The notes: generated by a model not told the origin, from the sequence alone. A stretch of 64,000 nt of DNA from Octopus vulgaris (GCA_951406725.2 OX597830.1:77252001-77316000), one strand, 5' to 3'; numbered from the stretch's first letter, positions 29,164-43,785 are shown. Program-made: numbers and translations.

Positions 29164-30431
29164 TGCTATTATATATATATCGTGCTATTGGGTTAGACAT
29201 GGCCTGGGCCTATACTGGCCGAAACCTATCAAAGTTATCAAAGTTATATCTATACATATAAATTTGACATGGGCGATTCTTTCTTGTCTTGGGATTCACG
29301 TCAAACGGCCGGGTGGAATTGCACGAAAAATTACACAGATGTGTAGAATGATTCGGCAGTGATGCTGGGCTTTGTATTTTTTCATAGCTCCCATGGTTAC
29401 TGAGATAATCTACTATAATAATATTCTTGTGTTATATGAATGAGAAGAGAAGAGGTGATAGATGAATAAGGAAAGAAGGGGTGATGTCATTTTTTTTCCT
29501 TAGCTCCCATGGTTACCGTGATAATCTACTATAATAATACGTAAGGCTTACGCAGAGTAGGTTACACAGAGTAGGTTTTACAGGTTTTACAGCCACATAT
29601 TGTAGAAGACACCTGCACAAGTTGCCACGCTGTGGGACTGAACCTGGAACCATGTGGTTGCTAAGCAAGCTACTTACCACAGAGCCACTTCTGCGCCTAT
29701 ATATATATGCGTAAGTGTGTGTGTGTATGCATGTATGTATATGGTTATATATGTGTGTGTGTGTGAGCGTGAGAGAATGTGTATTCATATGTTTATATAT
29801 AAAGACTGTCTTTAACATATTTTACCATTTCCACGTCGGTCACACTTATCTCACTTATTTCCAAATTTCTCCTATCAAAGACTCAAGAAATCTTCTGTTT
29901 CTCTACTGTTCGTTAAAAATATATTCCTCCCATCTCCTTCTTAAACTATCTGTTATTACAGTCTTTGAGAAGCTGCTTCTTAAAGACAAGCCAAAGTAGC
30001 CATTTCATGTCGAAAATTGGTAAGGCTCTGTTACGTGGCTACTGATTACAATTTAAATACAACCTTAAGGCCTTAACTATGCTCTCTATTTACCAAAAAG
30101 CCGTTGCTTCTTCGACCAGAAACCTTCAATAATCTCAGACTTGTAAGCGTTTCTTCTCAAAGAATCAAGATTAATGATTCTAGCGAAGATGGTGGATGAG
30201 ACGTGAGGAAGGGAGAGGAGTAGAGATAAGGAAATGAGAAGATAGACAAAAAGGGATATAGAAAGATGGAGAAGGAGAATGAAAGATAAACTGTGAGAGA
30301 GCAGAGAGAGCGAGAGAGAGAAATGAGAGAGGACGTGAGAGAGTTTGATAAGAGGTTGGAGAGAGCAGAAAAGGAAGAAAGGACGGAAGGAAAGAATGAG
30401 TAGGAGGTAAGATAAATACATATGAAATTTG

Positions 30432-30527
<96 letters not shown>

Positions 30528-31461
30528 GTCTATCTATCTATTTATCTATCTATTTATCTATCTATTTATTTATCTATCTATCTATTTATCTATCTAACTA
30601 CGTATCTATATATCTAAACCTATCTTTGCTTTATTTATATATTATGTGTATTTGTGTGAGTCTGTGCGTGTGGATGAATGTCCATATACATACATGCACA
30701 CACACACATCACACCCACACATACATAAACTGATATACATACAAACTGTATATAAATATATATACGCATATATATCTATATATACATGTATATATGTGTA
30801 TTTCTATAAATATCTATATATATATGTATATGTATGTGTATTTGCAATATGTGTATTTGTATAAATATTTGTATAAATATCTATATATATGTATATATAT
30901 ATGTGTACTAGTGTGTATCTATGTATTTATTTATATACAAAATGGGCAGAAGGAGACTTTTAGAAAGTATGCAATTTCTAGTAAGGAAAGAGTGAGAATT
31001 ATGAGATGGGGTTGAAGTGACTTCTGAGGAAGCCAAAACAAATCTATTAAAGATAACGAATAGAGGAAGATGGCAAGAGGTGAGGAAAACGCGAGGGAAT
31101 GTATAGAAGGAAAGAAAATTTACATGTAGAAGAAGTCAAAAGAATTAAAGACAGAAATAAGTGGGAAGAAGGAAGAGGTTTGAAAGGAGGTAAAATGAAA
31201 GTACGTGGTAATAGAAACATCTGTCGATATGTTACATAAATTTCTATATTGGAAGATGCGTCCTTAAGGCCTACCTGCTGGTAACAGAGTGATGTAATAA
31301 CGTTGTTTATTGCTCTCACATCTCTGTTTACACTTTGGCCAGTTTAGCTGCCGCTACCACCACGACTGCTTCCGCTGTGTATGAAGTCACTTCCGGAAGA
31401 CCACTTCAATATTCAGCGCATTTTTATAAAGCTATCACGAATCTATCCATCTCTCTCTAGT

Positions 31462-31527
<66 letters not shown>

Positions 31528-31575
31528 CATATATATATATATATATATGTGTATGTATATCTATATAGATATATA

Positions 31576-31612
<37 letters not shown>

Positions 31613-31655
31613 GATAGATAATATAGCTAGATATATATGTATATATATGTATATA

Positions 31656-31703
<48 letters not shown>

Positions 31704-31732
31704 TGTATATATACTATATATCTATCTATCTA

Positions 31733-31791
<59 letters not shown>

Positions 31792-32864
31792 ATATAGCCG
31801 AAACAGGGGCAACTGAAGACGGGGAATATTCCTTGTGTTGAATGTCTTGTGCTCTGTTTTTTTCTTTCTTTGAAAGAACTTCCGTTTCCTTGGTCTTGTT
31901 TTTATGTTTTCGTTTCTCATTGTGTTCAACGTCTTTTTTTTTGGTGTCCTGTACTCATATATGCATGTATATATACATATAGATGTAGGTATGTACATAT
32001 ATGTATGAATATATGTATATGTTTTATTTATTATTTTGTTATTATATAATCGAACGCCACACATCCACTTCCAAGTAAGATATATGTATTGATATATATC
32101 AGGTCATTTGACCTATGTCTGAATTGTTTGTCTTTATTCTAAAGATACGCAGTTGTTGCAAAAGTAATTTTATTGCTTTTGCAAGTAAAAAAAAAAATCG
32201 TTAATAAAATCTTTATGATGACTAATAATTGACAGATCTGTTTTATGGTATTAATTAAGCACAAACGAGTGCCTTTTTAAGTTGCTATATAATCAAAGGT
32301 ATTTCAAATATGATCAGCTTTATTTATTGTTAAAGCAACTGAAGGCGGCGAGCTGGCAGTATTCTTAACAAGCCGAACAAATTGCTTCGTGGAATTTCTC
32401 CCGGCTCTTTAATTTCTGAGTTCAAATACTGCCGAGGTTCTTTTTTGTTTGTTTTTCGTAGTCAAGAAAATAAGGAGTAGTGGATTTGATCCATTCATCT
32501 TCCCACCTCCCTCAAAATTGCTCACCTGGAGCTAAATTTAGAAATATTTATTAAGGGAGTAAATTAACTGGATTTTTAGAGCAATGGACAAATTGCTTTG
32601 AGATCCTTTTTAATATCTCCAGTAAACTACATTCTGAGTTCAAATCGCACTGTGTCTTACGTGGGTGGCAACTTTAATAAGTCTCCCTCTTTAACATCAG
32701 CACCAGGTCATTGGGTTTCTTTTGGAGATTTCGTCCTCTATGTTTCAACCATTAGTCCTATTATCCGTTTTGCTTCCTCTCTTCCTCTCTTCCTCCTACT
32801 CTACTTCCTATCCTCTACAAGACTCTGTGAAGGGTACTCTTAGTTGTGAACAAACGGTAAAGTA

Positions 32865-33225
32865 TCTTTTATCTTTTATTGTTTACTTGTTCGAGTCACA
32901 TGACTGCGACTATGCAGTACCACCTTGAAAAATTGTTCCCATTATCTATTGTTTTTTTTTACCCTTAAGACTGGCACTTTATCTATCGGTCCTTTTGCCG
33001 AACCGATAAGTCACAGGGACGTAAACACACCAACACCTCTCATCACGTGGTAGTGAGAGACAAACATACATACACGACGGGCTTCTTTCTTTCAACCAAT
33101 TCCACAAAGATTTGGTCGGCTCGAGGCTATAGTAGAGGCCACTTGCCCAAGGTGTCACGCAGTGAGACTGAACCCGAAAACATGTGGTCAGGAAGCAAAC
33201 ATCTTACCACCCAACCATACCTGCA
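32865..33225 (-). mobile_element. SINE family A, diverged
   Basis: cttttgccgaacc ... acgacgggcttctttc ... cttgcccaaggtg ... cttaccac. Confidence 0.8.
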
Positions 33226-34367
33226 CAGTTGTTCTACACACAACTGACTTTTAATAGATTTGGAGCTTCATAAGAGGTCTGTACAAATGCAGCACAATAT
33301 CACCACCAACAGCAACAACAACAGCAACGACGAAAACAGCAAATCTTACGACAATAGTAACAGCATCAACAACAATGCTTATAACAAGACAGCACCAACG
33401 GCATGTCAGCAAAATAAAGAAATAAAGTGTGTTTGTAGGGGTGTATAAGTCAGAAAAAAACAACGAACAACACAGAGAGATATTGTAATACATAGTTTCA
33501 TACAAGAATGCCAGAGAGATAATGTAAGAAAGATAGGGAGCGAAAAGAAAAAGCACAAAATGGCCGCCAGATAATTTTCGCCTTTTTCATTTTGTTTACA
33601 ATTATTTAACTTCAGAGCAAACTTGCATGAGAGACTGAATGGATGATGAAAGAGAGTGGGGAGGTCAACAAACAATGATTAGCAAGTGGAGGAGGGGTGT
33701 GAGAATAAAAAAAAAGACGAATATGAAAAATAAATAAAAACAGCAAGATAAAGAAATGAAAAAAATGAAGATGCAAAATTAATGAAAACAAACAGAAGAA
33801 AAAGTAAATTTCCGAAAAAAAAAAATGAATATAAATAATATATTAGAAATACATACATAAAAACCAAGCTTTAAAATTAAGAAGAAGAAGTAACAAAACA
33901 GGTATATAAGAAATTGAACACCTGACTAAACATAGCGCCTGAGAATAAACAAAAAGTAGAATGTATATATATATATATGTATATATATGTAAGTAAATAC
34001 ACAAATAAACATGGAAGAAGAAACCGAAGATAGACGAAACAAAAAAATCTCATCAACTATTAGCTAGGTCTATTTGATATGATCAATGTCGAGAATAAAC
34101 AAATAAATAAATAAATGAAATGATTTATGTGTTTCTGTTAACTCTGCAGAAAAACAAAACAAACACACACATACACACACAAATACACAAAGAAGCGGAA
34201 AAATGCGAAAACTTTTGAGATTCTGTATCAGATTCTTGTTTTTCTCTTTGGCGCGTTTGTCTCATGCTTTGAAAAAAAAAAAAAATTTTTTTCTTTTTTG
34301 TTTGGTTTAGTTTGGATCTGTATTTGGAAAGGTGAAGGTGAAATGGGTATCTGCGCTTTTCCTTCAC

Positions 34368-34690
34368 GCTTCTTCTTCTTCTTCTTCTTCTTCTTCTTCT
34401 TCTTCTTCTTCTTCTTCTTCTTCTTCTTCTTCTTCTTCTTCTTCTTCTTCTTCTTCTTCTTCTTCTTCTTCTTCTTCTTCTTCTTCTTCTTCTTCTTCTT
34501 CTTCTTCTTCTTCTCCTTCTTCTTCTCCTTCTCCTTCTTCTTCTTCTTCTTCTCCTTCTCCTTCTCCTTCTTCTTCTTTTTCTTCTTCTTCTCCTTCTTC
34601 TTCTCCTTTTTCTTCTTCACCTCCTCTTCTCCCTCATCTTCTTCTTCTTCTTCTTCTTCTTCTTCTTCCTCCTCCTCCTCCCCCTCATTA
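34368..34690. repeat. (CTT)n polypyrimidine microsatellite
   Basis: Direct reading. Confidence 0.97.
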
Positions 34691-34811
34691 TCATCACCAT
34701 TATTATCATCATTATTATTGTTATTATTACTATTATACATTTACGCATTTTCATGAGGGGGCGGAATGCTTAGTTAGAAATATCTCAATATCAAGAATAA
34801 CATTGGTAGTG

Positions 34812-34897
<86 letters not shown>

Positions 34898-34939
34898 CAC
34901 AACAACAACAACAACAATAATAATAATAGTAATAATAAT

Positions 34940-35073
34940 CTTTTCTACTCTAGGCACAAGGCCCGAAATTTTAGGGGAGAGGGCCAGTCGATTAGATCGA
35001 CCCCAGTACGTAACTGGTACTTAATTTATCGACCCGGAAAAGATAAAAAGCAACGTCGACCTCGGTGGAATTT
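34940..35073 (-). mobile_element. SINE family B 3' part, tail type 1, next to (AAT)n
   Basis: ggcacaaggcccgaaatt ... tcgaccccagt ... gtcgacctcgg. Confidence 0.75.
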
Positions 35074-35459
35074 GTGAGAAGAAAAATGATGATGATGATG
35101 ATGACGACGATGATGATGGTTTCTTTTATTAGCCACCGCATGACAACCGGGGCAGCGGTTCGGCAACAAGGCGCCAATTCCACACAAACCCCATCCCACC
35201 CCTTCACACACAGACACATGTATAATAACAAATGAACGGAGTTTAATTTCTAACGATTGTATCCCTAGAAACCTTTATTTAATGTTTCCATAATAGATTA
35301 CATCATACATTACGTAGATTTCCAGACTCGTCAGCCGAATTTATAGATTGCTAATCATGGCTGAAAGGTATTTCGACATTCAGATCATTGGTAAATAATT
35401 GGAATTGTGAATTAACGAACAATGCATATAATTAGTAGCTACACCGATGGATTATTTCA

Positions 35460-36300
35460 TTGTCCTCCACTATCCATGACCTCATCTCCTCTACCCGTCT
35501 CCTCCTCCCGTCTCCCCACCGCCTCCCACCTCCTTGTCCGCACCCCACCATTTACTTCCTCCGCAAAATCCGCAAACCTGATAACCCTGGCCGCCCCATC
35601 GTCTGCCCCTGCAACTGCCCCACCGAACGCATCTCCAGATATCTTGACCGTGTCCTTGCAACCGTAGTGGCTACCTTCCCCTCACACATCCATGACACCA
35701 ACCACGCGCTTCGTTTGTTCAACTCTTTCTCCTTCCCTCCTGGCCCCTCTAACCTTCTCTTCACTCCCGACATCCAGAGCTTTTCACGGTGATCTCTCAC
35801 CACGAACGGTTGCGTACAATCCAACATTTACCTGACCTTTGACCCAACTCTCAACTCGACACATCCACACTCATTCGTCTGGCCGAACTTGTCCTCTCAT
35901 TCAAGCGCTTCTCGTTCGCGGGTGATTTCTACCAGCAGTTCTCAGGAGTGGCCATGGGAACGAGAATGGGCCCCAACTATGCGTACCTGTTCGTTGGCTA
36001 CGTTGAGGCCCAAAGTTTCCCTGCTCCCACTCCCGAACTATACGGCCGTGATATTGACGACTGTATCGGTGCGACCTCACTCTCCCGCGAACATCTAGAC
36101 TCCTTCTTCTCTTTTGTCGAATATTTCCATCGTGCCCCCCACTTATCCTGCACTATCTCTGACACCTCTGTCTCCTTTCATAACATTTCGGTTAGCATTC
36201 ATCACTCCACTCTCACCACATATATCCACTACAAACACACCCACACTCATACCACAACTTCTCCTGCCATCCCAAACACACCAAGCTTTCCACGCCCTAT
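35460..36300 (+). pseudogene. Penelope-like element reverse transcriptase remnant (frameshifted)
   Basis: YFLRKIRKPDNPGRPIVCPCNCPTERISRYLD...IHDT and GVAMGTRMGPNYAYLFVG...GRDIDD match PLE RT motifs (LPKIHK, GRPI, AMG...YA, RYIDD). Confidence 0.9.
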
Positions 36301-36374
36301 TCTCAATGTAGATGTACATGTAAATGTGGTACATGTAAATTATTAGCAGACGCTCAGGGAAGGGGAGAAAGATA

Positions 36375-36409
36375 GTTTAACGTTTCGAGCAACGCTCTTC
36401 TTCAGAAAC
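36375..36409 (-). ncRNA. Minimal type I hammerhead ribozyme motif
   Basis: gttt CTGAAGA a gagc-gtt-gctc GAAAC GTT aaac: stems I and II pair, minimal palindromic stem III, next to a PLE RT. Confidence 0.65.
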
Positions 36410-36948
36410 AGAGGACAGTCTAATAGAAGACGGAGGAAGAAAATCGCCAAAGATTTACGCATCCCCTTCACCGTTTTCTATCTGTCTCTCTCTCTCTGTC
36501 CCCTCTTTCTCCATTTCGCTCTCTCTCGCTGCTCTCATGTGATCATCGTCCATCTTTCTTTTCCTCGCATGATCATCTTTCTTTTCTGTTCGTATTCAGG
36601 ACTATCTTCTATCTTTGCAAAGAAAATATTTCTCCAGCGTTCGCTATTTTATCCTCGTTCTGGTCTAATGACCATCCATGTTTGTTTTCCTTCGGTTTCC
36701 TTGCAAGTCTCCACTGTCCTGTTTTTGTTCCCAACTTTGACCCTCCATAAATCCCAAATTTTATTTTGGTACTTATGAGAGCCTCTGTCTTCGAAGACTC
36801 CATATTGTCGCTTAATGCTCGAAATGAGACAGCCGACAACTGATGAAGGGTTGTTCTTTGTGTTACGTGTCCTGTTTTCCATTTGCTTCTCTCGTTGTTT
36901 ACGTATTGAACTCATTTATTTCCATATTCCATGTTATTTACTGTTGTA

Positions 36949-37000
<52 letters not shown>

Positions 37001-37014
37001 GCCTTTAGTCGATC

Positions 37015-37074
<60 letters not shown>

Positions 37075-37179
37075 ATATATATATATATATACATATATAT
37101 ACACACAAATATATATATATATATTATTTATATTATTATTTGATTGAACGTCAAGCATCCATTTATAAGTAAGTTTATA

Positions 37180-37239
<60 letters not shown>

Positions 37240-37272
37240 GGTATCTCTCAAAGAAAGAGAGAGTATTATATG

Positions 37273-37316
<44 letters not shown>

Positions 37317-37877
37317 CATATACATCAATAACACCATCTCCAAAATGAATATACGTATACAATGAATTTACTAGGAATACCTAGAGCTAAATAGCATTCT
37401 AATTGCAACCACTCTTCATTTTAAGAAAAACTCCATATTACACTGGATAATGTCGTCTAAGACTCTTTATGCTTGAATGAGATATAGTAGAGCCGGCTTA
37501 GGAATACGGCCTAATCTTTGGTCATTCGCATAAGATCTGTGTAGTAGTTCAATAACATCACACAATCGCCTTCACCATCGTCATCAGCATCACTATAAGC
37601 AACATCAACATCACCATCACTATCATCACACCTTCACCATCACCATAAATATCGCACCAAGATTACCACCATTACCATCACTATAAGCAATATCTACAAC
37701 ACCGCCATCACCATTAATACCATACCTTCAGTACTACCATCATTATAACCGTTACCATCACCGTAAACATCACACCATCAGCTTGACGTCATTAGACTAT
37801 GCCACTACCGTCAGCTTGACATCATTAAACCATGTTACTACCGTCGCCATTTCTATGACTAATTAAAAGAAATCCTG

Positions 37878-38087
37878 CCGTTGTGTGGTAAGAATTTTCC
37901 TTCCTAGTCACATGGTTCTGAGTTCAGTCCCACTGCGTAGCATCTTGGGTGTCATCTACCATATCCTTGAGTCGACCAAAGCATTGTGAGGGACTTTGGA
38001 CGATGGAAACTGAAAGAAGCCCGTCGTATATGTGTATGTTTTTGCGTATGTCCGTGCGTGTGTTTGTGTGTGTGTGTGTATGTGTGT

Positions 38088-38176
<89 letters not shown>

Positions 38177-38360
38177 TCTTCCACCAACACTTGACAACTG
38201 GTGTTGATTTGCTTACGTCTCCGACACTTAGCGATAGAACACGTTCCAGTTTTCAAATGAAAAACAAAGCACATTAGAGTTCGATTCACTGGACTAAGAA
38301 ATTCAAGGTGGTGCCTCAGCATGGCCACAGCCTAATGACTCAAACACGTAATAGATAAAA
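37878..38360 (+). mobile_element. SINE family A with long internal (TG)n
   Basis: gtgtggtaag ... gttcagtcccactgcgt ... ggaaactgaaagaagcccgtcg ... cagcatggccacag. Confidence 0.82.
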
Positions 38361-38804
38361 GTTACTATGAAAGGCACCAAATTAATGCACACTATTCCAA
38401 GCCAATCAAAGACAAACCAAACGAAACTAAATCAAGTAGTTCCTTGTTTAAGTAATCAAGGAATATATTATTTCTGCTGCTGTTGTTGTTGTTGTTGTTC
38501 CTATTCTTGTCATTCTTCTTGCAGTTGTTGTTGTTGTTGTTGATGCTGTTGTTGTTACAAACAAACCAAGTAGTTTAAATATAAAGAAATAATATCTTCT
38601 TTGAAATCAAGTGATACCAAACTACAATCTTTATGACATGTCTTAAACATGGGAAGCGCTTTCCTTTCTTCCAAGACTGGAATGTCTTAAGGGGATTCTT
38701 TGAAACATGCAGCCTCATTTATCATACAATAACGCACACAGGAAATCAAGCTATCATTTCCAAACACTTGCAGTTTGCCTCACTTATCACCAAAAGCGTA
38801 CTGA

Positions 38805-39094
38805 ATGATGGCGATGATGACGATGATGATGATGATGGTGATGATGATGTTGATGATGATGATGATGATGATCATGATGATCATGATGATGATCATGATG
38901 ATGATGATGGTGATGGCATCGATGATGATGACGATGATCATGATCGTGATTGTGATGATGATGATGATGATCATATCATCATCATCATCATCATCATCAT
39001 CATCTTGTTGCTGCTGCTGTTGACATTATTTCAACAACTGCTGCTCCTGCTTCCTGCTGTCTCTCAATAGTAAACGAAATTATGATAGAAATAG

Positions 39095-39149
<55 letters not shown>

Positions 39150-39217
39150 GCTACTACTACTACTACTATTATTATTATTACTACTACTACTACTGCTACT
39201 ACTACTATTATTATTAT

Positions 39218-39258
<41 letters not shown>

Positions 39259-39355
39259 GTATTATTATCATCATCATCATTATTATTATCATTATTATTA
39301 TTATTATTATTATTGTAACTATTATTATCGTTATTATTATTATTATTACTACTAT
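38805..39355. repeat. (GAT)n, (CAT)n, (TAC)n and (TAT)n microsatellite cluster
   Basis: Direct reading. Confidence 0.95.
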
Positions 39356-39919
39356 GATCGTTTTTGAATATGTTTATCGTAAAATTTTCTGCAGTTTTAT
39401 ATTTAGTGCATGCTGATAGCTCTAACGGGAGTAGATCTGAGCACCTGGCAACGAGCAATGTGTGTGTGTGTGTGTGTATGTGTGTGTGTGTGTGTGTGTG
39501 TGAGTGTGTGTGCGTGTGTGTGTGTGTTTGCTATGCTACTGTTTTCAATAGCATTATTTAATATACAAGTCCTCAGATTTTACTTCTACACATGTCTTAT
39601 AAACCTTTTAAGCAAAGATTGTTCATATTTTTAGTTTTTCTGGTTATTTCTATTTCCAGATCTTTATAACAGAAAATTTACTCAATTATTTTATAGATAC
39701 CTTATCATCTGTCCGATCCGATACATCAATCTGGAAACATTTCCTTTTCTTAAGATCCTTGATAACAATATCAGACTTTTTAGCCTTAACTTTCATTTAT
39801 CGTCCTCGTTATTACATAGGAACGACAGGAAAACCTCTCGAATTTTATACGGTCATGGATGCGGCACTACTAAAGTTTGTCAAATAATAATGTTGTCATG
39901 TAGTTAATGTTTTATTCGT

Positions 39920-40383
39920 TTATTCTTTTACTTTCTTTAGTTACTACGGCCATGCTTCAGCACCGCCGTGAAGAATTTTAGACGAACGAATCGCCCCCAG
40001 TTTTTACATATTTATGAAGCCTGGTACTTATTATTTTGGTTTCCAATACCGAACCGCTATGTTACTGGGATGTATATATACCAATACCGGTTGTCAATAA
40101 GTTGTGGAAGATAAATACAGATACAAAAACATGCACACACACATAAATACACACATATAAGCGCACGCACACATACGAATAAACGCGCACACACGTACAC
40201 ATAAACGCACGCACATACAATTATATACATGACTGGCTTCTTTCAATTTCCGTCTGTCAACTCCACTCAAGGATTTTCGCTCCAGGCTATAGTGGAAGAC
40301 ACTTGGCCGATGTGTCAGGCAGTGGGACTGAACCCAAACCAATGTGGTTCGGAAGCAAACTGTTTTACCACACAGCCACGCCT
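39920..40383 (-). mobile_element. SINE family A, diverged
   Basis: ggccatgct ... ccgaaccgcta ... cagtgggactgaacc ... ttaccacacagccac. Confidence 0.8.
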
Positions 40384-41016
40384 AATTTACTATCATTGTT
40401 TGGACCAGTGTACACTGAGTGTTTGCAGTTAAAACGTTTGTCAACCTGTGAAATGTTGAGATTTTTTGCCACACCCTCTATGAATTTTCCGAGACTGGAA
40501 CAAGTGGTATTCTATATGGTTAAGTACTTACACGTGTCGCTGAGGTCAAGTTTGCTTTCTCCTTTCTGAGATGATTGAGATTTGTACCGGTCAAGTACTA
40601 GATTCGAGTCATTTACTGTAGTCGACTGTCACTTGACCGACCGAAATATTCAAGCAGTTCTGAGTTTATGTTAGGGCTAGAACTCTATGTGAATTGGGTG
40701 TGGGACAAACTTATAAAGTCATTAAAACACCAATCATTCACTTCACATTGTTAATTATTGCTCGGTTTCTTATCGTCTCTCTATATATTAAACCACGGTT
40801 TTACCTTTAAATTACCTATTACCATATCTATTTTTAACAAGGACCATACATACATATTGAGATAATACACATGGAATGCCTACGGATACATCTGTCTCTT
40901 AGATGGTTGCATAACAACTAACTTATATCTTACACAACTATATATATATATATATATACATATATATACACACACATATATGTATATATATATGTATGTA
41001 TTTATGTATGTGTATG

Positions 41017-41053
<37 letters not shown>

Positions 41054-41125
41054 TATATATATATATATATTTATTCATATATATATATATATATATATAT
41101 ATACATTTATATATATATATATATT

Positions 41126-41199
<74 letters not shown>

Positions 41200-42177
41200 T
41201 AGAATTGAATTATTAGAACGTCAGAAAAATGATTGACAGTATTTGTTCCGGCGCTTTATATTCTGAGTTCAAATCACATTGAGCTCATCATTGCCTTTCA
41301 TCCTTTCTAGGTCGATAAAGTATGGTAACCGTTATTTATTGGAGCGGAGCTCTGTGTTATCAACTTTTCTTCTCTCTTCAAAAATTGTTAGCTTTGAATC
41401 CTGCAAATGGACCAGCAGCGTCCGCCCTCAGGGTAATGAAAATTGGGTAATCAGCCTTACGAGCACCGTAGCTCAAGAAAAATCCACTAAAAAATTGGTA
41501 AATTACAAACAACTTTTAAAACATGATGGTAATCTATCACGTGGCTAAATTTTAATTAGGTAAGGATACATTTTTGTGGTAACTTTTGCATGTATCGTGT
41601 AGAAATGTCGCAAATTCAACTCATCACATTTGTCTAAGAATAAAAGAAAATCCAAAACTGTAAAACATTAGAATTGGAAAACATGATACAATAACTATTT
41701 GCAATACATTTTAAACTCGTTTTTATTTCACAATTTGTTGCTAATATTCGTTTATGTTTCTGCCATGAATAGTTTTGTGAGTTAAACACATTACTTAGAC
41801 TAGCTCTTGTATTAAAATCTTTACATCGTGTTAAAGAATGGTAATCGTCTTTGTCGTTCTACACTGTGAATGTAATTATACAGTTCAAGTAGCGCTATTA
41901 AGAATTGTAAATGTTGCCAAAAAAAAAAAAAAAAAATTTGGTAATGCGTTTCGCTTTTTCTTGTTATTTTGTTCTTATCCTTCTGTAGTTGTTGCTCTTG
42001 ATGTTTTGTTCTATTATCAGAACAAGATTTAGGACTAAAAAGATATGTACAACTATTTCAACATCTTTACAGTACGAATAAGAAACAAAATAAAAAGTAA
42101 ACAGGTCAAAATCTGTGGGCCTTCATCTGAATGTCTATCGATATTTAAAGAGATTAATGCAGTTAATGAAAATCGTC

Positions 42178-42248
<71 letters not shown>

Positions 42249-42252
42249 TAAC

Positions 42253-42305
<53 letters not shown>

Positions 42306-42306
42306 T

Positions 42307-42517
42307 CCTTTCTACAATAAGCACAAAGCCTCGAATTTGTGGAAGGCGATTAGTTGGTTATATCGATCGCAGTGTTTTACTGGTATTTAATTTATCGACT
42401 CCGAAAGGGTGAAAGGCAAAGTCGACCTCGGCGGAATATGAAGTTAGAATGTAGCGGCAGAAGAAATACTGCTAAGCATTGCGCCCAGCGTTCTAATGAT
42501 TCTGCCAGCTCACTGCC

Positions 42518-42519
<2 letters not shown>
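42307..42519 (-). mobile_element. SINE family B, tail type 1, within (AAT)n
   Basis: gaaaggcaaagtcgacctcggcggaat ... ttctgccagctcactgcctt. Confidence 0.82.
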
Positions 42520-42578
<59 letters not shown>

Positions 42579-42580
<2 letters not shown>

Positions 42581-42840
42581 TCTTTTTTATTGGCCACAAG
42601 GGCTGACACACATGATTAGAAAACATAAAGGGACAAAACAGGACGAAAGGTTACAAAGGGTTTTGTCCGTTTGTGAAAAAATCGTGTAAAAAACAGTTTA
42701 ACAATGAAAGATGGTAACAATTAAAAACTCCAAATAGGGGGAGGCGCTTCGAAAGGTTCCTGGTGGAAAAAACCCCATAAAAGCCAACGGGAGCCTGGTC
42801 AAAAGGGGGGTAGGGAGCCCCTTTCTCCTTTTATAATACC
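42579..42840 (-). mobile_element. 5'-truncated LINE 3' end with AATAAA and (ATT)n tail
   Basis: Minus strand ends gtcctgttttgtccctttatg ... cagcccttgtggccAATAAAaaagaatttattatt, similar to SINE B tail type 2. Confidence 0.55.
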
Positions 42841-42853
42841 TTTTTGAATAATG

Positions 42854-43009
<156 letters not shown>

Positions 43010-43620
43010 GGACTGATTGGATGCGAACACAGTATTAGAGCAGAAGAAAACAATATTGCATAGTATTTTAAAAAATGCCACAGAACCACTATTATTGGAC
43101 GTAAGAAGGTCAGTCTTGAGTAGGATGGAAAATTGCAAAGATAAAACACCGTACGAGCACTTGAGAATGAATGAAACTGAAAATAAGTGAAAATAGAAAA
43201 GAATGCATGGACAATTTCAGATATGTTGAAGATAAGACAAACAGAGGAAAAGATGGTCGGTTTTAAATCCATTTTAGTCAACCAGAGCCATTTTTGCCTC
43301 TGTTTGTCTTATATTCAACATCTCTCTCTCTCTCTCTCTCACTCTCGCTCTGTCTCTCTCTCTCTCTCTACATATATATATACTGTTGTGTCTGGGGCGA
43401 GTCATTTTCTTTTTGGGCCTTATAATTTAACACACTCACCGGTAAAATTTCCACTTATTCCTTATTTTTATTATTATAAAAATTTAGATGCTCCGTATTA
43501 ATTTATACCTAAAAGGTTTTATATGCTAGCTACCTCATAACATCCTATTTAGATTTTATCCTTGATTATAATAATAATTATAATTATAATGATGATGATG
43601 ATAATAATAATAATGATACA

Positions 43621-43715
<95 letters not shown>

Positions 43716-43785
43716 TAATAATGTATATACATATATATAATTGTTAAACAGGACGTCAAACATTAAGACAAGGCAAACATCTCAA

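Noticed and set aside
35280-35340. CTGACGA on - just upstream of the Penelope RT
   Set aside because: No stem II or stem I pairing could be built with nearby GAAA motifs.
37779-37845. 33-bp two-unit tandem repeat (also a 22-bp duplication near 19394-19438)
   Set aside because: Ordinary local slippage duplications.
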